Shown piece by piece: positions 39,036-47,424 of a stretch of DNA of 64,000 bases. Source of the stretch: Candidatus Saccharimonadales bacterium (GTDB lineage: Bacteria; Patescibacteriota; Saccharimonadia; Saccharimonadales; EFPC-124); the NCBI GenBank assembly GCA_035457345.1, contig DATIBT010000033.1:2390-66389 (forward strand), given 5' to 3'. Below the pieces are notes generated by a model. That model worked only from the letters and a program-made list of their open reading frames with translations. It did no database searches and was not told the origin of the DNA. How positions within the stretch are numbered: position 1 is the stretch's first letter; each line of letters starts with the position of its first letter. The translations under genes and the position numbers were made by a program.

Positions 39036-39529
39036 TGGCTATGCATGTGCCACGCTCCAGCGCCAGGCAGCCAGGGTTTACGCTCGTTGAGCTTTTGCTT
39101 GTTATGGGGCTGGTGGCGGTCCTTGCCGGAATAACATCGGTTAACCTGTTCAGCCCGCAAACCAAAGCCAACATAAACAGCCTAACAGACCGGCTTGCCG
39201 CAGATATTAAGAGCCAACAAATCAAGGCCATGTCTGGTGACAGTATGAGCGCCAGCGCGGCACAGGAGCACGGCGTGTATATCCAAACTGGCACCTACAC
39301 TCTATTTAAAGGGACAGCTTATAGTGGTGCAGATACCGATAATATCCCCATTGCCAGCGAAGGCGGCGTCACGCTCAGCACTACCTTTCCGTCTACACAG
39401 GTGGTATTCGACAAGGGCAGCGGCGAAGTCATTGGCTTCACGAACGGCTCAAATACTATTACACTCAGCGGTTCGGGGGAAACAAAAACAATAACCATTA
39501 ACCGTTACGGGGCGGTGACGGTCAACTGA
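39035..39529 (+). CDS. Minor pilin (GspH/FimT-like)
   Basis: PG|FTLVELLLV; C-terminal TINRYG. Confidence 0.85.
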   Translation: MAMHVPRSSARQPGFTLVELLLVMGLVAVLAGITSVNLFSPQTKANINSLTDRLAADIKSQQIKAMSGDSMSASAAQEHGVYIQTGTYTLFKGTAYSGADTDNIPIASEGGVTLSTTFPSTQVVFDKGSGEVIGFTNGSNTITLSGSGETKTITINRYGAVTVN

Positions 39530-39530
39530 T

Positions 39531-42002
39531 ATGTATAAGCAGCGCGGACAAACAATCATTGAGCTTCTGGTGGCGATAGGCATTTCAGCCATTATGTTGC
39601 CTGCGCTCGCTACTGCAGTGTTTGCGTCACGCGAGGGGCGGGCGCAAGATGCTGAACGCCTTCAGGCGGCAGCGTTATTGCGAGAGACTGATGAAGCGGT
39701 TCGTTCTGTGCGCGAAAAGGGGTGGGCCGCCTTCGCCGTTAACGGTACATACCATCCAGCCATAAATATAGCGGCATGGAACTTAGTCGCAGGGTCGGAG
39801 GTGGTGGGTAACTTTACACGCCAGGTGGTGATATCAGACGTGCAGCGTAATGCGGCTGGAGCCATTGTACCGAGTGGGGGTACGATTGACCAATCGACTA
39901 AAAAAGTAACGACAACGGTGTCATGGTCACAGCCAATGAACGGGTCGCTTAGCACTGAAACGTACTACCAACGCTATCTGGGTAATGCTGCCTGGGCACA
40001 GACAACTCAGGCTGAATTTAACGCGGGAACCAAAACTAATACAACCGCAACCTCTACCGGGGACGGCCAAGTTGAATTGGCCGGTGGCGGAGGCGGAAGC
40101 CACGTGCAGACAGCCGGCTCTAATAATGATGCTAGCGCCACGACTATCGCACAAGCCCTTCCGGCAAATGTGAACGGCGAGAGCTTAATTGTCGCAAGCA
40201 TATCTTGGGATACCACTTCTTCTACTACAGTTACCTGTTCTGATAATCAGAATAATACCTATACTACCGTCGTTAATATTAACGACACGACTAATACCCA
40301 GGCGCTGGCAATTTGTTACGCATCGAATGTCCCAGCTGCGGCTACTACTGTTACTGCTACGTTTGGCGCCGCATCTACACTACGTCGAATCACGGTAAGC
40401 GAGTACAGTGGCGTGGCGGCCGTGGTGCCGGTGGATGTGAGCAAAACAAACATTGCCAACGGTACAACGGCCACAGATAACATTACTAGTACTGCCGCCA
40501 CAACTACGGCTGCAAACGACCTTATTTACGGTGCAGTGGTCGAAACATCGGCAGGGACGGCGACGATCACGGGCGGCACCGGCTTTACGCAACGCAATAC
40601 AAATGCTACCGATACGACGCTTGCGGTGCAGGATCGTATTTTAGGGACTGCTGGCTCTACCTCCTCGACACACACCTTCAGTGCTGCTCTCAGATATGCC
40701 GCAGGGATGGTGGCATTCAAGACGAAGTCGTCAACGGCCAATTGGGCTTCTCCTTCTGTTGGCGGCACGTATGATGCGAGCGGTACTCAGGATGCGCTCG
40801 ACGTATTTACTGCAGGTAACTACGCCTATTTATGTAACGGTTCGGTACTGACGATTTTGAATATCTCAAACCCGACCTCGCCAACGTTGGTCGGTACCTA
40901 CACGGCGTCATCAACGGTGCGGCATGTGTACGTTGATGGTAATTACGCTTATTTATCAACGGCAAGTGATACTGCCGAGCTCACTATTGTAAACATAACA
41001 AATCCCGCAAGCCCGACCCTTGCTTCGTCGGTCAACCTAACCGATACCAACGACGGCTTCGCAACATTTGTAACCGGTGGATACGCCTATGTTGGCCGCG
41101 CTCTCGACACAACCACAGGAACGAATGAATTCTACATTTTAAATGTTACCAATCCTGCCAGTCCTTCCGTATTGGGCAGCGTCAACTTAACCGGCGCAGT
41201 AAACAACATAAAAGTAAGTGGCAACTTCGCTTTTTTGGCAACTACTATTGATACGCAAGAGATGGTGGTCATTAATGTTACCAACAAAAGTTCGCCCACA
41301 TTGTCGACGAGTTACAACGCCGCAGGCACGTCAGATGCTAACGATCTTGGTATCCTGGGGACCGTCTTATACGTGGCAACAGTAGCCAATGCCTCTGGCG
41401 CCGAGGTGTTCGCACTTAATATAACTACGCCAACCTCACCGGCACTTTTAGGCACATACGAAACGGGGGCAAACGTAACCGGTGTTTCGGCAGTTCCTAA
41501 TAATTTGTTTTTATCGGTAGCGAATCAGCTGACGGTGTTGAATAATTCCAATCCGAGTAGTTTGCAGCTAAGGTCAACATTGGGCTTTGGGTCCCCGGCT
41601 AACGACGTTAAAGCCTGGGGCGATTATGTGTACGTCGCTACTGCCAGTAATACGCAGGAGATGGTGATTGTGGCGCCAACATTTGCGTCGAGCGGGTATG
41701 CGACGTCGGGTAGTTTTGATTCATCTACATTCGATGCCGGTGCTAGCGCGGCGTTTAACTATCTTACCTTTACGATCACAGAGCCGGCGAGTACCAACAT
41801 CAGCTTCCAGCTTGCCACTAACAACGATAACGCAACGTGGAACTATGTAGGCCCAGACGGTACGGCCTCTACCTTCTATACCTCGGCTCAGACCATACGC
41901 CTGAATACCGTTGGCCGTTATTTACGGTACAGAGCCGCCTTTACGGGACCGGGCACGTCGACCCCGGTGTTAAGTGACATATCGATAAACTATTCGCCAT
42001 GA
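39531..42002 (+). CDS. Giant minor pilin / adhesin with LVIVD-type repeats
   Basis: RG|QTIIELL; repeated GNYAYL...LTI.NI.NP.SP.L units. Confidence 0.85.
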   Translation: MYKQRGQTIIELLVAIGISAIMLPALATAVFASREGRAQDAERLQAAALLRETDEAVRSVREKGWAAFAVNGTYHPAINIAAWNLVAGSEVVGNFTRQVVISDVQRNAAGAIVPSGGTIDQSTKKVTTTVSWSQPMNGSLSTETYYQRYLGNAAWAQTTQAEFNAGTKTNTTATSTGDGQVELAGGGGGSHVQTAGSNNDASATTIAQALPANVNGESLIVASISWDTTSSTTVTCSDNQNNTYTTVVNINDTTNTQALAICYASNVPAAATTVTATFGAASTLRRITVSEYSGVAAVVPVDVSKTNIANGTTATDNITSTAATTTAANDLIYGAVVETSAGTATITGGTGFTQRNTNATDTTLAVQDRILGTAGSTSSTHTFSAALRYAAGMVAFKTKSSTANWASPSVGGTYDASGTQDALDVFTAGNYAYLCNGSVLTILNISNPTSPTLVGTYTASSTVRHVYVDGNYAYLSTASDTAELTIVNITNPASPTLASSVNLTDTNDGFATFVTGGYAYVGRALDTTTGTNEFYILNVTNPASPSVLGSVNLTGAVNNIKVSGNFAFLATTIDTQEMVVINVTNKSSPTLSTSYNAAGTSDANDLGILGTVLYVATVANASGAEVFALNITTPTSPALLGTYETGANVTGVSAVPNNLFLSVANQLTVLNNSNPSSLQLRSTLGFGSPANDVKAWGDYVYVATASNTQEMVIVAPTFASSGYATSGSFDSSTFDAGASAAFNYLTFTITEPASTNISFQLATNNDNATWNYVGPDGTASTFYTSAQTIRLNTVGRYLRYRAAFTGPGTSTPVLSDISINYSP

Positions 42003-42496
42003 TACAACATGCTAACCAAAAAGGCTTTACTCTTGCCGAACTCCTCATTGTCATGGGGCTTATGTCGATGTTCATGTTGGTGCTGACCGATGTGTTTACG
42101 GCGGCAGTGACAGTACGGAGTGAGTCAGAGGCAACGTCTGCCGTGGCGAATGACGGACGGTTTTTATTATCTCGTCTCAGCTACGATATTGAATGTGCCA
42201 GCTCGATTACCACCCCTGCCAGTTTAGGGGCGAGCGGCGCCAGTCTTGCAATGGTCATAGACGGCGTGACGCATACCTACGCACTTTCGGGCGGAAACTT
42301 ACAGCTCACCAATAACCTCGGCACGAATAATCTTAACGGCAGTGAAACCACCATATCCGGTCTTACTTTTCAACGACTCGGCAACGCCGGTGGCAAAGAT
42401 ACGATACGGCTAAGTCTGACTGTTACGAGCGACGCCATCCGCGAAGGCGGATCGCCAGAAGCCGAAACATTCACCACTACTGTGGGGAGGCGGTGA
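41999..42496 (+). CDS. Minor pilin (PilW/GspJ-like)
   Basis: KG|FTLAELLIV. Confidence 0.85.
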   Translation: MIQHANQKGFTLAELLIVMGLMSMFMLVLTDVFTAAVTVRSESEATSAVANDGRFLLSRLSYDIECASSITTPASLGASGASLAMVIDGVTHTYALSGGNLQLTNNLGTNNLNGSETTISGLTFQRLGNAGGKDTIRLSLTVTSDAIREGGSPEAETFTTTVGRR

Positions 42497-42885
42497 TGAA
42501 AAGGAGTACTACGCATGCGCAGTCTGGTCAGGCGCTCGTGGCGCTGCTCTGCTTTATGGCTATGGCCATTACCATCACGACCGCTGCGGTTATCGTGACG
42601 CTGGTCAATGCCCAAACAACCTCCAAATATACATTAGGCCAAGAGACGCTTAGTATTGCTGAGTCAGGCATCGATAATGCTATGCTCCGGCTGGCTCGCG
42701 ACCCTGCATATACCGGGGAGACGCTGACGGTCGGGAACGGAACTGTTACAATAACCGTAAGCGGTTCACCCACTATAACCATTACTTCGGTTGGTACTAT
42801 GGGCAATTTCCGCAGGACGATAGAGGCTACTGCCTCTAGGACCAATAACACGCTCGTAATCTCGAGCTGGAAAGAAACGCCATAG
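42493..42885 (+). CDS. PilX/GspK-like minor pilin
   Basis: SG|QALVALL without Glu5; IAESGIDNAM; ends in SWKE. Confidence 0.8.
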   Translation: MMKRSTTHAQSGQALVALLCFMAMAITITTAAVIVTLVNAQTTSKYTLGQETLSIAESGIDNAMLRLARDPAYTGETLTVGNGTVTITVSGSPTITITSVGTMGNFRRTIEATASRTNNTLVISSWKETP

Positions 42886-42886
42886 C

Positions 42887-43444
42887 ATGATTTTCCAGAA
42901 TAACCCTACTGTTGCTTTGCATGTCACCCGCGAGGGGCTGACCGGCTATACTAAATCTGGTAAAAATGGCCATAGCCAAAAGTTGTCGTTTCCGCCAGAA
43001 GTAGTGCGCAACCTAGAAGTAGTAGACCAGCCGCAGCTCGCCAAGCTCGTTGCAACATTTGCAGCCGAAAATAAACTGCACGGCCAGCGGGTGGTCATTT
43101 TATTGGACGATTCCGTTATTTTCCAAAAGATCGTGCCGGCGGCGGAGGAAATAAAACAGCCGGGGGTAGTGGCAGATTTCGAGCATAAAGTGCCATTCGA
43201 TCCCGAAAAGCGGCGAGTGATCACCCTGCACCCTAAAGACCAGCTCGTCATTCTTGGCACGAATAGAGTGTTGTACGAGACGATTGCTACCGCCCTCCAG
43301 ACCGTCGGTGCAAAAGTGTTGGCTGCTGCTCCTATGGCAATTTATGGGAAGGGCAAAGGGGGGCAATTAAATCGTGAAACCCTCGCACCGGTGTTAAACG
43401 ACACTCGCAGGGCAGAGGCTGCAAATTTCTTGCACGTCAATTAA
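42887..43444 (+). CDS. Short PilM/GspL-like cytoplasmic protein
   Basis: Position in the pilus operon; EVVRNLEVVD and VPFD resemble the PilM N-terminal lobe; ends in ANFL. Confidence 0.5.
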   Translation: MIFQNNPTVALHVTREGLTGYTKSGKNGHSQKLSFPPEVVRNLEVVDQPQLAKLVATFAAENKLHGQRVVILLDDSVIFQKIVPAAEEIKQPGVVADFEHKVPFDPEKRRVITLHPKDQLVILGTNRVLYETIATALQTVGAKVLAAAPMAIYGKGKGGQLNRETLAPVLNDTRRAEAANFLHVN

Positions 43445-43501
43445 TTGACTTAACGACCGAGTCAGGTAATATTAAGAGTAGAGTAAAAAGGGTATGCTTT
43501 T

Positions 43502-43975
43502 ATGCAAATTGCGAACAGGCAAAAGGGCTTTACATTAATTGAAGTGCTTGTGGTGATCGGTATCCTCGCGGTACTGCTCGCATTAGTGTTAATTGCGGTG
43601 AATCCGCGGCAACACTTTATACAGGCCAATAACACACAGCGGCGTTCAGATGCTAACGCAATCCTGAATGCTATTGGGTCGTACATGTCCCAAAACAAGG
43701 GCCAATTGCCAGCTGGTATCGATGGGACGGTCAGGACAATTACATCGACCGCTGGAGCTAGCAACATTAACTTGTGTACTGCTTTGGTGCCCACCTATAT
43801 TGCTGACATTCCGTTAGACCCAGTCACCGGCACCGAGACTCCCGCCGGTTCACAGTGTACAACGGGTGGTGCTACCTATAGTAGTGGCTACACGGTAACA
43901 ACGACCGGTGGTAACCGAGTCACCGTAGCTGCGCCAGCTGCCGAGAACGGCGAAACAATTAGCGTTACCCGCTAA
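43502..43975 (+). CDS. Probable major pilin of the second locus
   Basis: QKG|FTLIEVLVVIGILAVL; own upstream promoter-like region and a terminator. Confidence 0.9.
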   Translation: MQIANRQKGFTLIEVLVVIGILAVLLALVLIAVNPRQHFIQANNTQRRSDANAILNAIGSYMSQNKGQLPAGIDGTVRTITSTAGASNINLCTALVPTYIADIPLDPVTGTETPAGSQCTTGGATYSSGYTVTTTGGNRVTVAAPAAENGETISVTR

Positions 43976-43989
43976 CAAGACGCACAACT

Positions 43990-44028
43990 AAATGACCCCG
44001 AGCACTTGCCGCCCGGGTCATTTTTTAT
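43990..44028 (+). terminator. Rho-independent terminator
   Basis: AAATGACCC...GGGTCATTT followed by a T-tract. Confidence 0.75.
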
Positions 44029-44076
44029 TCCGGCGATACCTGGCTGAACTACTGAAAATGCGCTACACTAACTGAT

Positions 44077-46704
44077 ATGTGCGGTATCGCTGGTTATTTC
44101 GGGTACTCCGATGACAAACAACTCCTAAAAACAATGAACGCTGCCCAGGCGCACCGTGGGCCCGACGGCCCCGGCTACTTTACCGACGGTCCGGTTGGTT
44201 TTGCGCATCTGCGTTTGGCCATTATTGACCGCGCGCATGGCATGCAGCCAATCACCGATGCCAGTGGCAATTACACGGTCATCTACAACGGCGAAATTTA
44301 TAACTACCTCTCACTCAAAAAAGAGCTAGAAGACGCGGGCCGTACATTTAAGACCGAATCCGATACAGAAGTTATCGTGGAGGGCTTTGCGGCGTGGGGC
44401 GCCGATATATTCGACAAGCTCAACGGTATGTTCGCCGTTGCTATCTGGGACAAGAGCAAAAGCCAGCTTATCTTGGCGCGCGATCACTTTGGCATAAAGC
44501 CGCTTTATATAGCCCGCGATGGCAAGAACCTGTTGTTTGCCTCAGAAATTAAAGCGTTGCTGGCAACTAAAAAGATTGAAACGTCACCCAATGACCGTCT
44601 TATTTACCGCTATTTGCGGTTCCGCATTCATGAAGATTCGGCCGAAACATTCTTTACCGGTATAGAAAAACTCATGCCAGGCGAAATGATGGTGGTTGAT
44701 AAAAATGGTGCGACACGTTCGCAATTTACCACGTTTGTCGATGATCTTGCCAAACAAGGCAATAAAACACAGCCCTACACGCAATCTATCACCGACGAAT
44801 ACGCCAAACGGTTGACCGAATCTGTCCGCATGCGCCTCATGAGTGAAGTGCCAGTTGGCACCTGCCTATCCGGCGGCTTAGACTCGTCGGCTATCATGCT
44901 GACCATCAACAAATTATTGAACGAGAAAGATGCTGCCACTCAATCTGTCGGCGCGCTACAAAACACCTTTAGCGCCGTTTTCCCTGGTTCAATTAATGAC
45001 GAAGAAAAATACATAGACGCCGTGCTCGCACAAGCCAAAGGCAAGGTAGCGGAGCACAAGATTTACCCCACGGCGGACACTTTTGCCACTGACCTAGAAG
45101 ATTTTATCCGCACCCAAGAAGAGCCGACTATTAGCACCGGCCCCTACGCCCAGTATAAAGTTATGGAAGAGGCCGCCAAGCACGTCACGGTGCTGCTCGA
45201 CGGCCAAGGGGCAGACGAAATGCTCGCCGGTTACTACCCCTACTATTTCGTATATTTGCGTCAGCTGAAGCGCCAAGGCCGCTACCTTAAAATGATGGGT
45301 GAAATGCTGCGTTCTACCGATGTCCTTTTCCGTTTCCTGCGGTTCCGCCTGTACGACAAGCTGAACTTCCGCAAAAGAGTCGGCATAAGTGAATTGCTCA
45401 ACAGCACATTCAAGCAAACTCACTCCGCTGAGACGTTTGCGCCCGTGCCCGACGACCTAAAGAAACGTTTTATAGAAGACTTGTTTCATAATAGCCTGCC
45501 GGCGCTCCTTAGGTACGAAGACAAAAATACCATGCGCTTTAGCTTGGAGGGCCGCGTCCCATTCCTCGACAAAGAAACGGTGACATTTTTGTTTGGCCTG
45601 AGCGACGAAGCTATTATTCGTGGTAGTTGGAACAAGCGTATTTTGCGTGACGCCACAAAGGGGTTGCTGCCGGAAGCGGTACGCGCACGCCGCAATAAAA
45701 TCGGCTTTACAACTCCTGAAGTTGAATGGTTCAAGCGCCTTAAGACCCGTTTTTACGGTATCTTCCTGAGTGAGAGTTTTGCTAACCGCCCTTACTTCAA
45801 CCAGCAAGCGGTACTAAGCGCGTTTGAAGGTCATATTAAGGGCCGTAACACCACTGATACTATGATTTTTTGGCGTATGCTCAATGTTGAGCTGTGGCTG
45901 CGTGAATTCTTCGACGAAAAAGCACCGGAGCAACCGGTACACGAAAAAACCGACCTCGAACCTAACAAAGAAAAGCAGCTCGATCTTGTGGCAAACGGCA
46001 AAACCTACCGCCGCTATCCTCTGCGCACCAAAATGGTTGCCGCTACAGACGAGCTGGCTCCATTTGTCGCGGACCGCCTGAAGGATTTCTTCCAGACATT
46101 ACAGGCTTCTGACCACAAAGCCTACATGCAAAAGGACTGGCGTTTGTTTATTAGCGAAAAAGTAGTCGCGATTACCCAGGGCCGTTCCTACTTTATCTGG
46201 GATATTAAGCCTGGCTTTTGGGCGCGTACCCTCAGTAAATTTGTGGTTAAAACGCCATATGGGATTGGCCTGGGCAGCCCATGGACCATGCAGCTTGCCA
46301 TAGAAGAAGCCGGCTTGACGCGCATTTTATTTGCCTCCGTGGGGGGTGCGGTAGGCAAGGTGCTCGGCAAGAAAGGGGTGTTTTATGAGCTTGCCGGCGC
46401 GAATGTCCGCGCCATTGACGGCCCGACCGAATACTCGGTGTACCCCAGCAATGTTTCGGCTAAATTGCCACCGAAAGACCCAACCAAAGTGGCCGCTCAG
46501 CTCGATGCTGCTATTCGCGACGTCCTCCCTGCTGAAGCTGTCGAGCACTTCAAGGGCGTTGTAGTAATTGACGCTAATGACCTGGGCCGTAATGTTCTTG
46601 GCCATAATACCGACCACCATCCAGCGGACCTAGAGGCTGTGTTTGCCGATAACCCCCTTGGGCAGGGGAGCGAACAAACGCCGTTATGCGTGGTGTTCGA
46701 GTAA
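44077..46704 (+). CDS. asnB: Glutamine-hydrolysing asparagine synthase-like amidotransferase fused to a CofE-like (F420:gamma-glutamyl ligase-like) domain
   Basis: MCGIAG, HRGPD, NGEIYN, LSGGLDSS, GQGADE and RVPFLD; C-terminal ISEKVVAITQGR, RAIDGP, IDANDLG and DNPLGQ..EQTP. Confidence 0.88.
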   Translation: MCGIAGYFGYSDDKQLLKTMNAAQAHRGPDGPGYFTDGPVGFAHLRLAIIDRAHGMQPITDASGNYTVIYNGEIYNYLSLKKELEDAGRTFKTESDTEVIVEGFAAWGADIFDKLNGMFAVAIWDKSKSQLILARDHFGIKPLYIARDGKNLLFASEIKALLATKKIETSPNDRLIYRYLRFRIHEDSAETFFTGIEKLMPGEMMVVDKNGATRSQFTTFVDDLAKQGNKTQPYTQSITDEYAKRLTESVRMRLMSEVPVGTCLSGGLDSSAIMLTINKLLNEKDAATQSVGALQNTFSAVFPGSINDEEKYIDAVLAQAKGKVAEHKIYPTADTFATDLEDFIRTQEEPTISTGPYAQYKVMEEAAKHVTVLLDGQGADEMLAGYYPYYFVYLRQLKRQGRYLKMMGEMLRSTDVLFRFLRFRLYDKLNFRKRVGISELLNSTFKQTHSAETFAPVPDDLKKRFIEDLFHNSLPALLRYEDKNTMRFSLEGRVPFLDKETVTFLFGLSDEAIIRGSWNKRILRDATKGLLPEAVRARRNKIGFTTPEVEWFKRLKTRFYGIFLSESFANRPYFNQQAVLSAFEGHIKGRNTTDTMIFWRMLNVELWLREFFDEKAPEQPVHEKTDLEPNKEKQLDLVANGKTYRRYPLRTKMVAATDELAPFVADRLKDFFQTLQASDHKAYMQKDWRLFISEKVVAITQGRSYFIWDIKPGFWARTLSKFVVKTPYGIGLGSPWTMQLAIEEAGLTRILFASVGGAVGKVLGKKGVFYELAGANVRAIDGPTEYSVYPSNVSAKLPPKDPTKVAAQLDAAIRDVLPAEAVEHFKGVVVIDANDLGRNVLGHNTDHHPADLEAVFADNPLGQGSEQTPLCVVFE

Positions 46705-47015
46705 CGCCAAAACAGGCAGCTTACACTATTGCGGGACTGCTCGCCCTGTTGCTCGTGAGTGGCTATGCGGCTGCCATTTGGTTGGAGCGAACTGCGCCAG
46801 TGCATCCGGTGACCGGATTCCATACTTCGTTGGCTGGATCGCTTCTGTTCTTTGCGTATCCTGTGCTAGTAGTGCTGCAGTCGGTGCTGCTGCTCGCGGG
46901 CATAATTATGGCGGTTTGGGGCGCTATGGGCGCCAAGAAATACCTCGCGCCCGGTTTGCTTTTGTTGGCGATCGGGGCTGCATTCGCCCTTCTTAATTAC
47001 ATTGTTGGGGAGTAA
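46686..47015 (+). CDS. Small membrane protein
   Basis: Three hydrophobic segments; start position uncertain. Confidence 0.6.
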   Translation: MRGVRVTPKQAAYTIAGLLALLLVSGYAAAIWLERTAPVHPVTGFHTSLAGSLLFFAYPVLVVLQSVLLLAGIIMAVWGAMGAKKYLAPGLLLLAIGAAFALLNYIVGE

Positions 47016-47046
47016 GATTTTGGCTGACGTGATAGGATAAAAGTAT

Positions 47047-47424
47047 ATGCTCATCGCCACATTTTTCGCATGGTGGTACGGCGTTGGCTGGATGACGTTA
47101 GTGCAAAAAGTAAGCGGCCGGGTGACTGGTGTGCTTAGTTTCTTTTCCGTTGGGCAGCTTTTGACGAGTTTGTTCGCTCCGTTTAGGCAAATATCTGCGG
47201 GTAGAGTGCAAGGCCCTTTGGGGGTCATTATGCGAGCATGGGTTGACCGCTTATTCTCGCGCGGTATTGGGGCGATTGTCCGCTCCCTGCTTATTCTTAC
47301 GGGGCTTTGTTGCGCTGCCTTTTACGGTGTTCTTGGTGTTGTCATGATTGTGTTTTGGCCGGTCCTGCCAGTGTTGCCTTTGCTTGGGTTGGTCTTAATG
47401 ATTTCAGGATACAAAATTATATGA
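47047..47424 (+). CDS. Small membrane protein coupled to the Clp ATPase
   Basis: FF.WWY.., LFAPFRQ and FSR.IGA.VR; ATGA overlap with the ATPase gene. Confidence 0.8.
   Translation: MLIATFFAWWYGVGWMTLVQKVSGRVTGVLSFFSVGQLLTSLFAPFRQISAGRVQGPLGVIMRAWVDRLFSRGIGAIVRSLLILTGLCCAAFYGVLGVVMIVFWPVLPVLPLLGLVLMISGYKII

Noticed and set aside
40780-41680. Repeats in the giant pilin as a diversity-generating or DNA repeat element
   Set aside because: They are protein-level LVIVD-type repeats with diverged DNA, and no reverse transcriptase is present in the window.
47307-47420. N-terminal extension of the Clp ATPase in the ORF track
   Set aside because: It overlaps the upstream gene; ATGA coupling at 47421 is the better start.
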